DNA of 64,000 nucleotides from Iphione sp. A-MEVVRFRX5 (GCA_976226885.1 OZ320321.1:55862001-55926000); one strand, 5' to 3'; numbered from the stretch's first letter, positions 1 through 14,300 are shown. A program made the numbers and translations. The notes: a model not told the origin generated them from the sequence alone.

Positions 1-1528
1 AAACGTACAAAATAAGTTTAAAAACACATTATAAAATGTTACGGGTACAAATGTATATTAACATCTTATCTTGGCAAGGTTTGAAATTTATGCGTTTTGG
101 GAACGGTCTAAAATCAGCATGTTATGTCCTTCTGCAGGATGCATTAGTGCATACTGTACTCAAGGCTAATTATACATATCAAATGTTACACTCCATCGAT
201 TTCGCCATCTATCCAGTTTTAAGGACAGAAACAGAGTGGTGTTTCCACACACAGGGAATTCTTCATCAGAGGGCTGATGGAGATCGATCTTTAGGACCAA
301 ACAAGCTCGTAAAAAAGAAGAGATAATAACACCAGAGAGGCGGTGGGCTTTGGTCCGCCAAGCGGCCAGGCAAAGAGATGAAGACGGGGATGTCTAAAGA
401 TGATCAGAAGGGACGTCCGCGGCCAAAGCGAAAGGTCGGACCCATAGAAGCCATGTCGTTCTCTTCGGAATGGGACGAAGGGTTTATGGCGGATTAGATT
501 TCCACCTGACACAGGTAGCTGCACTTGCATGCTAACATGCAATCATGCAAACATTTCTAGACTGTGCCGCAGACACGCTGGAAACAGTCTGTAGAAAGCT
601 GTGATGACAATTTCAGGTAGGGACTTCAACCTGTAGGCGTATAATAACTTGTAATAGCATGCATGTTAGTACCTAGGCGACAGAAAACTTTGAAACATTG
701 AAGTAATATTCTGGTTTTTAGAGGGTGGAAAGTCAATTAGGAATTTTCGATTTTTGTCTTAAAAATGGCATTTAAAATTGCAAACCATTTGCGACCAGGA
801 CCGTTGGAGACCTTTCCCTAACGTCGACAAAATTCTGGGAGGAATTTCAAGAAAAAAAAAATTACGAGAAGTGAAATGTTAAATCTATTAGTCTGCGGAT
901 TTCTGTGGAGTCTACAGTTAATGAGGCAAGCCTTTTTTGCCCAGCCTTCGTTCCTACAAACTTCAGCGGAAATGAAGCTTTTTACGGTTGTCAAGACACC
1001 ATATGGTAAAGCTACCTGTTCCTCTGCCGATTCCCATTAGCCCTGCATTTTACCTGGTCGAGGCTAAAAGCCCGAAGGCCACACGGCTCATGCTGACCAC
1101 AGCGGGACCTGACCTACGTTTGCACTGGAGCCGTAGCTGCTGCTTGCCTCCGCGCGCTGCAGCCTGTGTCGTTGTCAGAAAGGTGAGCCTCGTATCGAGC
1201 CAACCTTGCTCGTTGGCCTTTATTTCCTTTGCAAAAGCGTGGATCGAATGCACATTAAAAAACCGCTGTTTCTGGCTAGCATTAAGGTTTTAAGCGTGGC
1301 GAAAGTGAAGTTCTAGCTGTATGGATATGGCTGGATTTGATATTCATAGTTGGAGATTTTCTAGGAGGCACACATCTAGAGTCTGTATTCTTGGATATAA
1401 ATATGAAAGGGTCATTTTTCACGGTCAACATGAGAGATATGGCTTCAAAAATCAATCTTAGCCGTCTGACATTTGCTATTTTCTACAGGCGGGTGCAGGA
1501 TTGTGGACAGTGATATAGTGGTAGTGAG

Positions 1529-1645
1529 GCAGGAGAGAGAGGGAGAGCGAGTGTGTGAGACATGGAGAAAGAGACAGAACAAGAAAAAGAAAAAGGGACA
1601 AAGAGGGAGAGAGAAAGAGAGAGAGAGAAAGAAGCAGAGAGAGAC
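1529..1645 (+). repeat. Purine-rich (GA/GAAA) low-complexity tract
   Basis: About 115 bp of near-continuous A/G containing (GA)n runs. Confidence 0.85.
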
Positions 1646-2718
1646 AAAAGGAATAACAACGATAGACGGCTTAGAATAGATCTTTTTCCTTAGATTCTGA
1701 AGCACATCTATTTACTGAATCATATTACAACACACGAAGCACTGCATATTTAAGTGGAAAGTGGACTATACAAACTCAGTTCACGGGAAAGACACTTCAC
1801 ACTAGAGGCAACTGAAGCCGAGAAGGGAAAGAGGCCGATAGATTTCCGGTATTGATACGACAATCTGATAGCCAATCAATACAAATGCACGTAACCGGAC
1901 CCGCCTGAGGTTGTACCCGGCCCAAGTGCTAAAGGCTGCTGACCCTACAGTGGCTCGACAATGCTCATAAGTAATAAACTCGGCCTAGGGATAAACATCA
2001 AACAACCGAACTACATGTACTACTCGCGTGGGTCGCGGGTTTAGCACGTAGGGCCACATCTACTCAGTCCCTGTTATATATATACATTATGGAAAAGAGT
2101 GCACACATATAGACAAGATTCCTTCTAAAATACACAGTCGGATGAACTAACTCGTATTGGCATTTAAACAAATGCTTTCCAACTCAACGGCATAAAAAAC
2201 TGTCCATCAATGAATATAATTCCGCTATTTTTTCCACTTTCAACTGTAACCGCATTAGCAGAGGCAGCCAATGTAGGATATCCTTAATAAAATATGCCAT
2301 ACATTCTCCATTAATTTAAGCTGTCTGAGAAAAAATTAAACACCAGGAAGTGCAATTCAGTGTTTATGACATCTGGAAGGAAACACTTGAAACAAATCAT
2401 TCGGTGCCAGATGGATAGACAGACATGTCAGATTTTCTTACGTTACAGATTAAAAAAAAAAAACAGTGGAAACATGGAATGTTCATCGGAGCCAATCTAG
2501 GTCATGATGCTGCTCGAGTGTAGAGCTCCCATATATCGGAGGGGAACGGGCAAATAGGTAAGTAGTCACTCACGAATCCCAAGATGTTCCTACCTGACAG
2601 GTGAATAATACGGGTCGATGGATATCGATCTAGTCAAGTAGGATTGGGTTGGCGCAGGTGGGATCAGTCGATGTGGTCTCATATTTTCTACCCGCTTTCA
2701 GCATGGCTCAACACTTAC

Positions 2719-2792
2719 TTCATCAGCAAACCACCACACGATATCGTCCCCTCAAGGACACCTATTTCTGTCAAGAACCCATGGAAACTCAC
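2719..2792 (-). other. Candidate recursive-splicing ratchet point with 74-nt cryptic RS-exon (RP1)
   Basis: The minus strand reads ...cattca ttttgttctttgtttgttctcttta CAG|GTGAGTTT (junction 2793/2792; 21 of 25 pyrimidines before the CAG). The 74-nt segment ends ...GATGAA|GTAAGT (donor hexamer 2718-2713). The 3' splice site is directly abutted by a consensus 5' splice site. Confidence 0.7.
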
Positions 2793-5236
2793 CTGTAAAG
2801 AGAACAAACAAAGAACAAAATGAATGTTGTGAGCAGATAGTTCGTTTCATGATAGACATGTGTACACACGTATAACCGTGTAATTGGTGTGTTTTATCAG
2901 ATGTTTCAAAAGAGCTCTAAGTATCCGCCTTGTTTCTAGCAGGGATACATTTTAGTCCTCTAAACAACATCCCGGTACATTGGAAGTTCATGCCGTTGAA
3001 AGTGTTTCTTTTTTAATATAGTTACAAACTTGTGCCGTCTACATGAAGGCAGCCACACTATAGAAAATGCTTCCGTTATAAACATACACTCTCAGACATC
3101 TTAATAATACATCACCTCCTATAAATACCATTAAAATGTTATAAGCCTGTAAAATATATTTCTTTAGATACATGATATACGTGCTCACTTTAATAAATAT
3201 CTTAAAATGTGTAAAATATGTGACAAAAAGTGTTAAAATGAACACTTGTTTCTGAGTGAAGTTGCAGGATGTCTTTATCCTTTTATGCACTTCGTGTATC
3301 TCCATTATACAGAATCAACTACATGTAGTTAATAAACAATGTAACTTTTTGCATCTAGAATGAAAAAGGTTCTAATCGGCGGTCTATAAATGACTCAGCA
3401 GTTTGCATCAGGAAACGGAGAAGGTGCAAAGGGCTTTATCTGGAGTCCCTCAAGGACATATCCCCTCCATCATTCGATTCACATATAACCAAATATCTGT
3501 GCACACTAGTCTGCAATTAAAACGCGCAAACATATAACCGTGTCAATATGGCGTCTGGTCTAAGAGCTTGTGTGGAAAGACAAAGGACAAGTATGGGAGA
3601 AACTCCCTTGTAGAAAGGCTTTCAGTGTGCATGATTAATTTAGTAAAAATATCCACACAAAATGCCAAATGCAATATACATGTACATAGAAGGTATGAAG
3701 TATTAATGTATGAAGCTGACGAGTTGGAATGTTACAAGATTCTCGAGCACTATTGGTCATGCAAAAAGACCTCTCACACCTGCGCATTGCTATGCAAATC
3801 GGTCTCATGGCCACAGCTATAAGGTCTTGCTGGATATCTACATGTAGTTTGTTCGGGTTTTAAAGGTACAGACATCAATGCAACCCACTAGTCTAAGAGA
3901 GGTTTTTAAAAGGCCGGGTCGATAGGTTTGCACCTGGCTTCCTTTCAGTCTATTCTTGTCCACAGTGGAGCCAGGCAACGACTGCATGTGAAATAAAGAT
4001 GTAAAACGACAAGGGCCTTGTATATACACGCTTTCAAATACACATGAATGTACATATGCATGATCATCGATGGGTGGAAAGGCGCCATCTCGGTTTAGCA
4101 GATAAGGCCACAGGTACTTTTTGTCATTATGCTTTGTTTATAAGCAGAGCATGCCTCTATTTGCCACCATTAATTTCTCTTTTAAAATATAAATTTTGGA
4201 GATGCAGGGTAGTTTTTGAAATTCAACCACACCTAAATACCTAGTGCTTGTCTTTGAACTATCTACTTCTCCGAATCAAATGAATCCAAGCACCAATAGG
4301 GCTAGATTATAAATAATTGCTCATTAGGAAGGCTTCCATGCCGGATAAACTTCAAATGCTATAGAAACAAAGCCCTAAGATCTCCCCCAGCCTGACAGTC
4401 TGGCTGTAAGTAGTATTTGAAAAGAGCAGCTTAGTGCTGGATGGGAACATGTCTCTTAAGAGCAGATTAGTTTTTATACAACGTCTCAGGGTAGACATGT
4501 TGATGTGCTCTTCCTCCTGGGAAATTTACCGATGCGAACACTGCAGATATCTTATAGGAATGAAGTATGGCCTTTATCTGTAGGCATTTTTAGTGTCCAT
4601 TTTCTTATGAGTGTCGGGTAATGTAAAAAGGAGCAAATCCTACACACTTTGTGATGTTCACAATCCTCGATAGGAAGGCCGCCGAGAATTGGATTAAGAC
4701 AAATGGCCCCGGGAGATGTTAATATATGAGCTTCCAGCATTCGGCGTGCGATCCCATTTTGGATGTAAAAATCATTATTCATAATATTACCGTCGACACA
4801 CGTTAGTTTTTTTTCCTGAGGAAGAAGAGAAAAAACACCTTGAATTAACTGCCGAACCATGTACACATCAAAACGAATCAGCGATTTCACTATGCTTTGG
4901 ACGAAATGGCAGTGAGAGTGCCATGGCACATATTTCAAGATAACTCCCCACAGGGACCATCCTTCCGAGATGCATACTTCCACTGAGCAGATGTACGATT
5001 AGGAAAAGAAAATGAAACAGGAATCAGTCGGAAAATCATAATGGATGGATTACAATATTTTCCCCATATACATACGTATGAGGCCAATGTTCCATCGTGA
5101 CGGATTACCCTTTCTAGGCCTCTGCTTTGTTGGGGGGGGGGGGCTGGGGATACCGGGCGACTCTCTTCTTCAGGAAACGTCTTACGTGTGTGGTGGTAGA
5201 AGATATGAAGTACGTCCTGCTTTCCTATACTCTGCC

Positions 5237-5326
5237 TTCCTTCATATCTTTTATCTTTTCGTTCTTTTCCTCTTTGTTTGTTTCCTTCTTTCTGTATTTC
5301 TTTCTTTCTTTCTTTCTGTCTCTCCC
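5237..5326 (+). repeat. Pyrimidine-rich (TTTC)n/(CT) low-complexity tract
   Basis: tttctttctttctttctttctgtctctccc with flanking T/C-rich sequence. Confidence 0.8.
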
Positions 5327-8300
5327 AAAAGCTTGTGTAGAATCTACAGCTAAGAGCTGTTGACAGCCAGGTGGCACTAAGATACTGTGTATAAAGGTTT
5401 GACCCTATGTCCCTTGATCCCCGCTACCCACAGGCTGCTTGCTATACATGGTGTGCATAAAGAAATTAGACAGGTATAACCTACAGGCATTGTAGCGTAC
5501 TCCGGCCCGGGGGAGCCATCTTCCATAAGTAGTAGTTGAGGACATGGCATACAGAAGGCCCAGTTACCTAGCAACAAGAGCAACATTTACCAGCGAGGGG
5601 CATTCAGATAGTGGGAAGCTAGGTTAGTGTAAGGGTTCAGGCTTTGCTCGATCTGTGTTAACCAGCAGGTGATTGGAATACCACCGGCATAAACGAGGAG
5701 GTTCAGGGTTGGGATCTGACCAGTGTACCAGGTCATGGGGAACTAAAACATTCACACTATATGTAATATGTTGTGCTTAATCTTACACAACAGAACACTC
5801 TTTGTACCGTTCGTGCAATACAGGCACGTCCGCCTGTTTATTAGGTTTTCAAAAGCACTATGCCCATGTAAGCTAGCCATGTAAGCCACAAATTGAATTC
5901 TATATAGGGAGAAACCATGTGCTGCACAGAAGAGTGCTCAGTAATATTTGTAGATGTTAATTGTGAAAATTGTATACCGCTGAACACAACAGAGTACAAA
6001 ATATTCGATTTGGCCAATGTAAACAAATAAGCCCATCAGAGAAGATGGTACCGACTAAATGTTAAACCACCCTTTGACAGCAGTCATCCCAGAAGGTGTT
6101 GAAATATAATCAATAGCGATTAGCTTTTATGCATACCATTTATGGGAGAGGAAGACTCGATCCCACTTGAAGTAAGGCGATGAAAATCAACAGCCTCGCC
6201 TTCCCCATAGACCAATGGTTTAGGATCCCGTGAGACCTAGAGTTGGAAATGTGGATGACCTTTTTGCATGCTCATATCAAAGCATCAGATTCTTGTGCTG
6301 CTATATTTGAAGTAGTAAGCAAAGATGCTCTCTTCCCCAAAGCCTTCAGAGAAGGAAACGAGGGACATTGCTCGAAGGACACTCACCACTAATGGCAATG
6401 AACGATGCATCGGAATAGCACAACATGTCAAGTGTGGGTTCAATTCGATTCAAAAGAATGTAGCTTTGATATTTTGTCATCATTGGACAATTTTTGAAGA
6501 TTGGAAATGGAGCTAACCCGACTACACTTATTGAAGTGTAGTTTAGGCGGTGATGGAATGGGATGAAGATTTTTACATCGCCAAAATTGAAAAAAAAACA
6601 AGAGCGTTGCGAAACTTCATATCACCGGGCCAAATATCCTTGTCATCATGACAATCCGCAGGTGCAAATGCATGGTGCTTCCAGGCATGTAGCTGGCTTT
6701 GTCGTGTAAAGTACGCAGGTCTGCCAAGAAATACCTCGGTACTCTTTTGGTCACTTTCGAAAGGGTAGAAAATTACTTGTGGAATGGCTTCAGCATTGAC
6801 AATGTCATCTACATATCTTACCACCAAGATGGGGGGCTCCTTTGTTCCATCTGATGCAGAACCTCACCGCCCACAGGCCGATATCTCTTGATATTAAACC
6901 ACACTCAATGGATGAAAGAGTCACTATGATAAGCAACACACAGAGCATCCTGTGCAGAACAAAGACTGTTCATTAAAGAATCTTGAGCAGTAAAAATATA
7001 TGCACGTTGTAGGCAAGACCAAAACAGATCAGAAGCAACCATCACATACCTTGAGACCCAGAACCCCAAAGGCATTCGTACTGTGTAAATATACGTACGT
7101 TAACATGATAATGGATCCGCTTTTCGTCACGAACTGCCAGTCTTGGTTCTCTACGATCGCTGGTGCACCTGCCAGATGCCGTGGTAGAATATTGTTCTGC
7201 CGTTCAGATGGCCCTCGGAGGCGTAACAAAAGAAGCCTTTGTGATGGGATTCATAACTTGGACATGCGCAATCCTCTAGGGCAAAATACTATTCATAACA
7301 AAACTTTCCCTTATTGTTGCTCGTCTAGCTTTACCAAAGTCCGTTCTAGACTGATCACCGTGATCTATAAGCCTTGATCGTGATGGGCTATGCCCATAAG
7401 TGCCAGACGTGGGGTGAATATAAGCACGCGCTGAACCCTTGGGTACGGGGCCACTATTAGCTTCACATAGGGGCTCCCAATAGCAGTTGCTCATTCTTAT
7501 CTCTGCCCAGATACTCTATTCATGGCAGACCAACAATTTGAATCAGGGAAATTGCCATTTGTCTTCAATTTAGGTCCAATTCAATTCTCGGTTCATGAAA
7601 TTGTCAATATGCATTATGCAATATGCATTAATTATACATTTATCTGTACACAACCGAAAAAGACGTCTGATACTAAATTCAGACCCAGTTGACATCAAAA
7701 TTCAAAAGATATTGTGTTAAAGATCAGTAGTAACTGTAAGGTATTAGGTAAACAAGGAATGCATACTGAAAAACAGTAGAGGGAACCTTAAAGGTTAAAT
7801 ACTTCAGGCTCCTTGTGAAATTCCAAAAGGAATCACAAATGTCGGACCACGATCCAGTGAGCATGTTTAAGCGTTTGCCTCAGTGTTTTTTTCAATGCAA
7901 ATCGTGGTCGTTATATTTTCTCAGCGCGCATGATAAGGATGGATGTCCAAATAATTCTGACCTCCTCTGACCTCTTAATTAAGGTATAATCTGCATAGAC
8001 ATACTTGATTTATACTGCCATTCTGACAGCACCCGGCATGACTCATGTGCAGCTATGGCAACCCGATAACAAGAATCCGGGCCCTGCGGCTGCATTTGAG
8101 GGGGTTTCAAATTGACCAGTTCCATGCACCCTGCACTTCATGCAGGTTGCACTACACTGGTAGATTTAACACTGTGTATGGAATAGAGGGGGTCTCATAT
8201 AAGCCCCTGCTTCCAGTCTTAGGGTTAATATCTTTACCATTGGAACTCTGAACTGAACGTTGCCTGGGGTCACAACCGATTATTCCCTTCTTGTGTCAGC

Positions 8301-11039
8301 ACAAATGTTACAGACAACCTGCTGAGGTGAAAGTAACTTACGTAGTCCTGACATGAAGAGAGGTGGGCAGCCAGACGCCTCGCTCCTGTAGTGTTATCCT
8401 ACCCTACACATATGGAGTTATTTCTTACTATCACTAGCCATCAATAAGGTATTGCTCCACGTATGCAGGCGATCAATGTCAACAATGAAATTCAGTCCCA
8501 TTTCATGCGAATGTATTAAATTGAAAGGTAGTTGGAGAGAGGAGGGAAAAGTGGGAAGAGGTAGGGAAGAGAGACTACTGCACCACTTAGAGTAAAGTCA
8601 ATGGCTCCTGTGTCTCCTTTTATATTACATGTAGTAACTCAAGCACCTTTTTTTACAATAAAATGTGCTGATGATTCATACGTGTCTTAACCATGATATA
8701 TTATACGCTAGGACGCTCCTATTCTAGATACCAAACGTTCTGAAAGTATACGGAGTGGAAGTTGTAAAGTATAGCCAAGAATTCGTCTTTACACAGTAAT
8801 AATTACCTAAATATTATTTCTATATCTAGTATTAAAGTTTTCTACAAAATGGATGTTACTTGAATATATGTACATGCAATTTATACATAGACATGAATGA
8901 AATCTACCGGTAAGGCTGCAGATTTTATCAAGATTGTATTTTAGGAGTACGTTAAAGCAGTTGCCAGAATATTTCTGTTCAAAAATGACTTTGTATAATA
9001 TAAATAGATGTACATATATGCCAAATAAGGTGTATATTTGGATATATAATACTGCACATAGGAGCCGTACAGAGACGGTAATGCCCAAGGAGCGTTTGCC
9101 AAGGGTAACATTATGCAAATCAGATAATTAGTAACAAAAAACTAATTAGTGGCAAAAGTTTCCTACGCCGCCCCCATTATAAGTCTACTCGTACACGGAA
9201 AGCTGTGAACGTGACCGGCAGGCTGAAATGTGAAAAAATACTACAGGCTGACGTCACTGGCGCCTGCGACGGCAACCCAATAAAACCTATTTTAATTCCA
9301 TTGACCTTTTTAAAGCATCAAAGCCTTGCAATGATGTTTCTGCCGATGAGACAATACAGTAGAGAGGGGCATGTTGGTAAGCCATGTCTGATTTGTTATT
9401 TTTTTTGTAGCTATGTGTAATGATAATCAACATTAATATAATTTTACGTGTAATATGTTTAGTCATTATGTATTCAATTTTACCTGAAAATGGGACGGGG
9501 CTCATACTGTAAATGAAAAGTGCTTACAGGCGCGATGAGACTCTGAAATGAAACAGTTATTTTGTCAAAGTCAAGCTCACGGTTATGTGGCTTCTTTACA
9601 TGCAAGGCTGTGGGTTTTCTTTGGAAGTGATTGTACAATGCCCCCTAAAGTCTGCAGGATGGGAAACGTTATCAGAATATTTTAATAAAAAAAACGCCAT
9701 TGTTCTTTGGGGCTTACAGTGCTCTTTCTTCTGTTTCCTGCACAAATAGTTCCAAATTGTAGGTTTGTACACTTCTCAAGAACGCCAATTCTTTTCAATG
9801 CGTTCAGGATTTTTTTTATAACCAATAGCTTGAAAAACCTACAATATATTCTACCAGACTTTAACCATAGAATGCTGCTCTGAGGACCTCCTGCCACTTA
9901 TTAGTCGTAGTGCTGTTGGGAATTTGAAAAAAAACACTATGTTCCCGTGTGTAACGTATGTTAGGGCCATGTTCCCCTGTCACACTCATGAAATGGCCGT
10001 GTCATATAGTGACAGCCATAGAGACGGGTAATACAGCCGTGTACACGCCAGACGTGGTCAGTTCACCTGTAGAACTGAGGGCTCTACGGCCCGGCTGCTT
10101 ATTATCGATTTATGTGCAAATAAAAACCGAGGCTGTTCGTTTCACGTTTCATCTACTGTTCACGCAAATGTGAACAAGCACCTGGCAGAGGGTCCTTCAT
10201 TATTTAATTAGTTATCCTTTTTTTCCCCTCTGGCCACCAATTAAAATATTTTGATGAAACCAAAACATGTCAAATGAAGCGTTCCTTTTGACGAAAAGAA
10301 ACAGGGCAGTAGCTTGAGCCGACTACTTGAGCCTGACAGAGCGTCATATAAAGATGTGCACTACGTCACTAAAAGGAGCATAGATTGTCAAGCCTCTGGT
10401 CAAACGGCAACTGCCTTGAGGTAATAACCTGTCATACACAGATGGGGAGACCCATAAAAAGGGTGTCAGCACATTAATCTCAGGCCAATTGAAAATGGGT
10501 GAAGTCGATGGAGTTAAGTGGCCACTCGTAATCTTTCAGCGACGAGCTGCTCGGGTGGGGGATCGGGAAAGAGTCTATTTGTCGTTCCAGCAGCCTGTAA
10601 TCTTTGCACTAGATGACCTTGATCAGGTTGCGGTGCGGTCACGTTATAGGCCGCTTCAATCATCATAAACATTGGTATTGAGAGAAGTGCGTTCCCTACC
10701 AAGAAAACAATTAATGGTAGATTGACATAAGGAATAAAAAAAATATAAGGAAACCGCGGTGATGGAGAAATACCCACGAGATATTTTGGTAGTTCGAGGT
10801 AAAACTCAGCAGGACTGTACTGATCAGGCACTGTCAGAAGATGACATCTAAGAACAACAAGAGTTTAAAAGTCAGCGTAAGATGCACGGCAGAAAAAAAC
10901 AGCATAGATGTTTTATAGCTGCCGGAATAAGAGATGGCGACTTCGATGAAAATTCACAGTTTGTTCCTCAATAATTTCATTACGGGGCCTTCATCCCTTG
11001 GCGTTTGCTTGTGCGTGGAATCTGGATGAAGACTTAGTC

Positions 11040-11345
11040 AATGCCCCCTCCCTCCGCTGCTTGGTGATCACGTGATTCCCGCGTGGAAACGCGCGTCCCT
11101 GTCTTTCTGTACGACCAGATGCCTATCTGCCCGCCGCCTCCTCCGTGTATGCACGTAACGTTCAAAGTTGACGTCTCATCCATAACTTATGACGTCCGTA
11201 CGCCGGGTCACGTACTATTTCCTTAACCAAGGCGTGGAAGTGCGATTCTCAGAGATGCCCGCGGGGGGCTGCGAGGCGGGCGGCAACACTTGACCACATT
11301 GGAACAACAAGAGACGTGGGCAGATTCAAAGCGGCTTTTGAATCC
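11040..11345. promoter_or_regulatory. CpG-rich putative enhancer/promoter with clustered ACGT-core motifs
   Basis: Palindromic E-box ATCACGTGAT (11067-11076), two TGACGTC CRE-like sites (11169, 11190), GTCACGT (11207) and further ACGT cores at 11153, 11158 and 11314. Confidence 0.45.
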
Positions 11346-14300
11346 ACTTTTTATGCAAAACTGGCTTAAAGAAATCAGACACAGAGCTTAGTTATATGGT
11401 CCTATTTCAATTAAACAAACCGGCTGGCCTGTTGTTGCTGTTGTTGATTGAAAAAATCGCACCTAAAATGCTGTTTGTGAGTGCTTTGATGAAGTAACTC
11501 CCTACAGCACCTTTTACCTCGCAGTACCTTAATTCCCCCCTTTCGCTAGATCCTTGTTGTTCCTCAGCAAGCCTTCCCCTAAGGCGTGGTCCTCGTTTCT
11601 TGTGCATATATACTTTACCCTTCGAGGCGGAAGATCTAATTAAATCAGACTACTGCCAACTGAATTTGCCGCGTTAGCCAGCCAACCCAGCATGATCTGC
11701 GCGACGCCCCCAAACGCCATTACTATCACAATACAATCACGTCCAAACAAGAGATACCGATCATTTAATTAAATCGCACATGAGCCCAGGGAAAGTGATA
11801 TTAAAACCGTGACTTCCTCGGCTGCATCCTATCTTTGGTGCGGTAACAAATCTTGGCTTTTTCAGGGCGCCAGAGTGAGGCAGTGGAATTTTCATAGTGT
11901 GCACCCAGCTGATGCTGCATCAAACACATGCTAGCACACTATCAGATAACATGCTATATAGTAACCTGTAGTAAAATAATTGAGATAAATTCTAAGCACC
12001 TGTCTAGTATTTTTCACATGTATCAAGTGGCAAAACGTATCCTTTCAGTGAAAAAAACCACGTCCTTCTATTTCATCATCTCTTCATGTATTATAAGTGG
12101 GCATTGTAAATTACTGGTAAAATTTTACACATCGATTCCTTACTACAATTGTAGATTTGACGTGAAATACATGTATGTATAATTTGTCGCGAATGCGCAT
12201 ACAGACATCCCTAATTCTTGCTAGTAATATTTATAGTAAATATCTGTTGAAGTTACATTTTATACTTAAGTAACATGCATATAAACGTTTAACATGTTCG
12301 CCTGCCGTCCTTTTCCCCCCAAGATCATTACATGGCCCTAAAGCTATTGCCTAAAGATGGGGTCGGTTTCTTCACATGCCGACCTAGTGCACAGCGACCA
12401 CTTACCGCGCGCCAGGTGGCGCAAATAGCGGCCATTGCGTCGCACATTACGAGCTAATGAGACCCCTGGATAAATGGTCGCCCGTCGGTTACCTGCCTCG
12501 TCCCTGGTGGGATGCACCCACCGTGGGTAACAAGCGGTGTCTGTGTGCGAGCCACAGGAATTCTGTAGTTCGTGTTATCTCCGGCCTGTGGCGCTAGTGA
12601 TACGGTCACGTTACCAAGATATCATATGTATTCGTCTCACTTAGGGGGCCGTCCCTTCCCGTGCTGGCTCTGATAAATTTGCGCGACGTGACTGTCATCT
12701 ACACGCTTCCAGAAGGTGTAATCGGTTTATATTCAACAGTTCGTCGCCCCTATTCACAACACTCCTCCGCCCTGCCCCCCCACCCCCCACCCCTCATTCC
12801 ACCTACCCACCCACCCCTCTCCTACAAGCCCCCTCATCCCGCCCTCTTACAAGCCAGCATTGGGGTGAAGTGATGGAGGCAGGAAGGTATACGATTAGCT
12901 CGAATGGGGGAGGAATAGCTGATGAAGGCAGCCATGTGCATCTGTGTAGTGCGCCACAGCCTTTCAGTCCACTGGTGTCTGCTAACAAATTCATGACGGG
13001 CTGGATGTCATTTTTCTCACTGTGGCTCACTCGAGAGTCCCTGCCCCCGCTGGGTCGAGCGGCCAGGGCACATCAAGTGAAGCCTTTCAACTGCCCGCTG
13101 CCCCCCCCCCTCGCAGTCCCGTTGCTGCTGGTTTTGGTCGCTGAAAAATTAGATAGCCGACCTTGACAATTATCGTTATTCTGATCGGCCTAATGCCGGA
13201 GGAATCAATACCGGGTCAGGGTCTAAGCAATTGTGGCATGCATGGGAATCTGAAGCTGGTGGCCGCAGGGGGCTGTGACCCGAACGGAATACAGACTAAT
13301 TCCCGCTACCGCTCGGTGCTCAGGGTGGAGGGCAGAGAGAACTGGAGAGCGCCGTCCTCGTGTTGGCTAATTCCAGGCTCTATCTAGTCCCTCAGTCAGT
13401 GGTGGAATTATAACGTAGCGTAGCGTGCTGAAGTGGCACGGTTGACTCGTCACGCGGTGTTAGGATCATTTTGATTAGAAGCCTTACAGAAAAGCAGCAA
13501 AATAAGTCGACAGAGGCCCACACGGGGAAGTGATAAGGACAAACATTCTACTTTGCTGGTTTCTGTTGTGAATGAGCAAGAGTAACTGCATCTCAACACG
13601 GCTTCAAACCTATCACGAAGTTGTTATGGCCAAGGGGAATTTATTTAAATGATAAAAAACCTACTCTTTTCCTGCAATACGTTGTATTCGGCAGACATTT
13701 TAAATGTCAGTACCTCTAGTTTCATTCACGTAACTTATGCTGTGACAATTCAATTGGCGCTCCTTGCATGATGACTTTAACCAGTTTCTGCCTTCTTGAC
13801 AATCAATACTATCAAATTAGGCATTTAGAGAAAGCCACATGGGCTTGCATGCATCACTTTCAATATCCAATTTAAACAAAGCCTTAGCTAAATTTAAAGT
13901 GACACTCGTTGTCAACCTTTAAGTCCTCTACAAACGTTGAAATCATGAGATTAAAAATCGAAATCCTCTTTTGATGAGTTCCTACACAGGCTCCCTTTTT
14001 AGCATAGGAGAGGTGACAGTGCGGCAGCAGGGGAGGGGGAGAATGAGTCTGAAAGCGCCAAGTCGCAATTGGCTGGCTTTTTGGTGGGGACTACCTGACG
14101 CTATTACCTAGCACCTCGACTGTCAGGTGCGAGATTACCGCTGGAAAGGTCAGCCCCGACCTGCCGATTCTAATTACACCACGCTCGACGGCTGCGGGCG
14201 TCGGTGTCAGGCCCGGAAAAGGCCGGCTGTCAGGAGCAGCTCGGGGAAGGACTCGGAGCAACTCGCAGAAACGCACGGCCGCCAAGAACATTTCGTCTGC

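Noticed and set aside
330-497. Short plus-strand open frame ending ...KGRPRPKRKVGPIEAMSFSSEWDEGFMAD*
   Set aside because: Protein-like composition, but no recognisable homology and no convincing splice acceptor.
1312-1323. TCTAGCTGTATG matching the 3' half of miR-9-5p
   Set aside because: The seed region is absent and there is no complementary arm for a precursor hairpin.
5562-5590. Minus-strand TAG|GTAACT with a moderate tract (possible extra ratchet point)
   Set aside because: The regenerated donor is weak and there is no consensus downstream donor defining an RS-exon.
6573-6827. ORF containing VVRYVDD...FLG, resembling a reverse-transcriptase catalytic motif
   Set aside because: No other RT motifs upstream, the YxDD-to-FLG spacing is too short, and no adjacent retroelement sequence is visible. 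Treated as chance; BLASTx would settle it.
9478-9505. Minus-strand CAG|GTAAAA (possible extra ratchet point)
   Set aside because: Weak donor, short tract and no downstream GTRAGT nearby.
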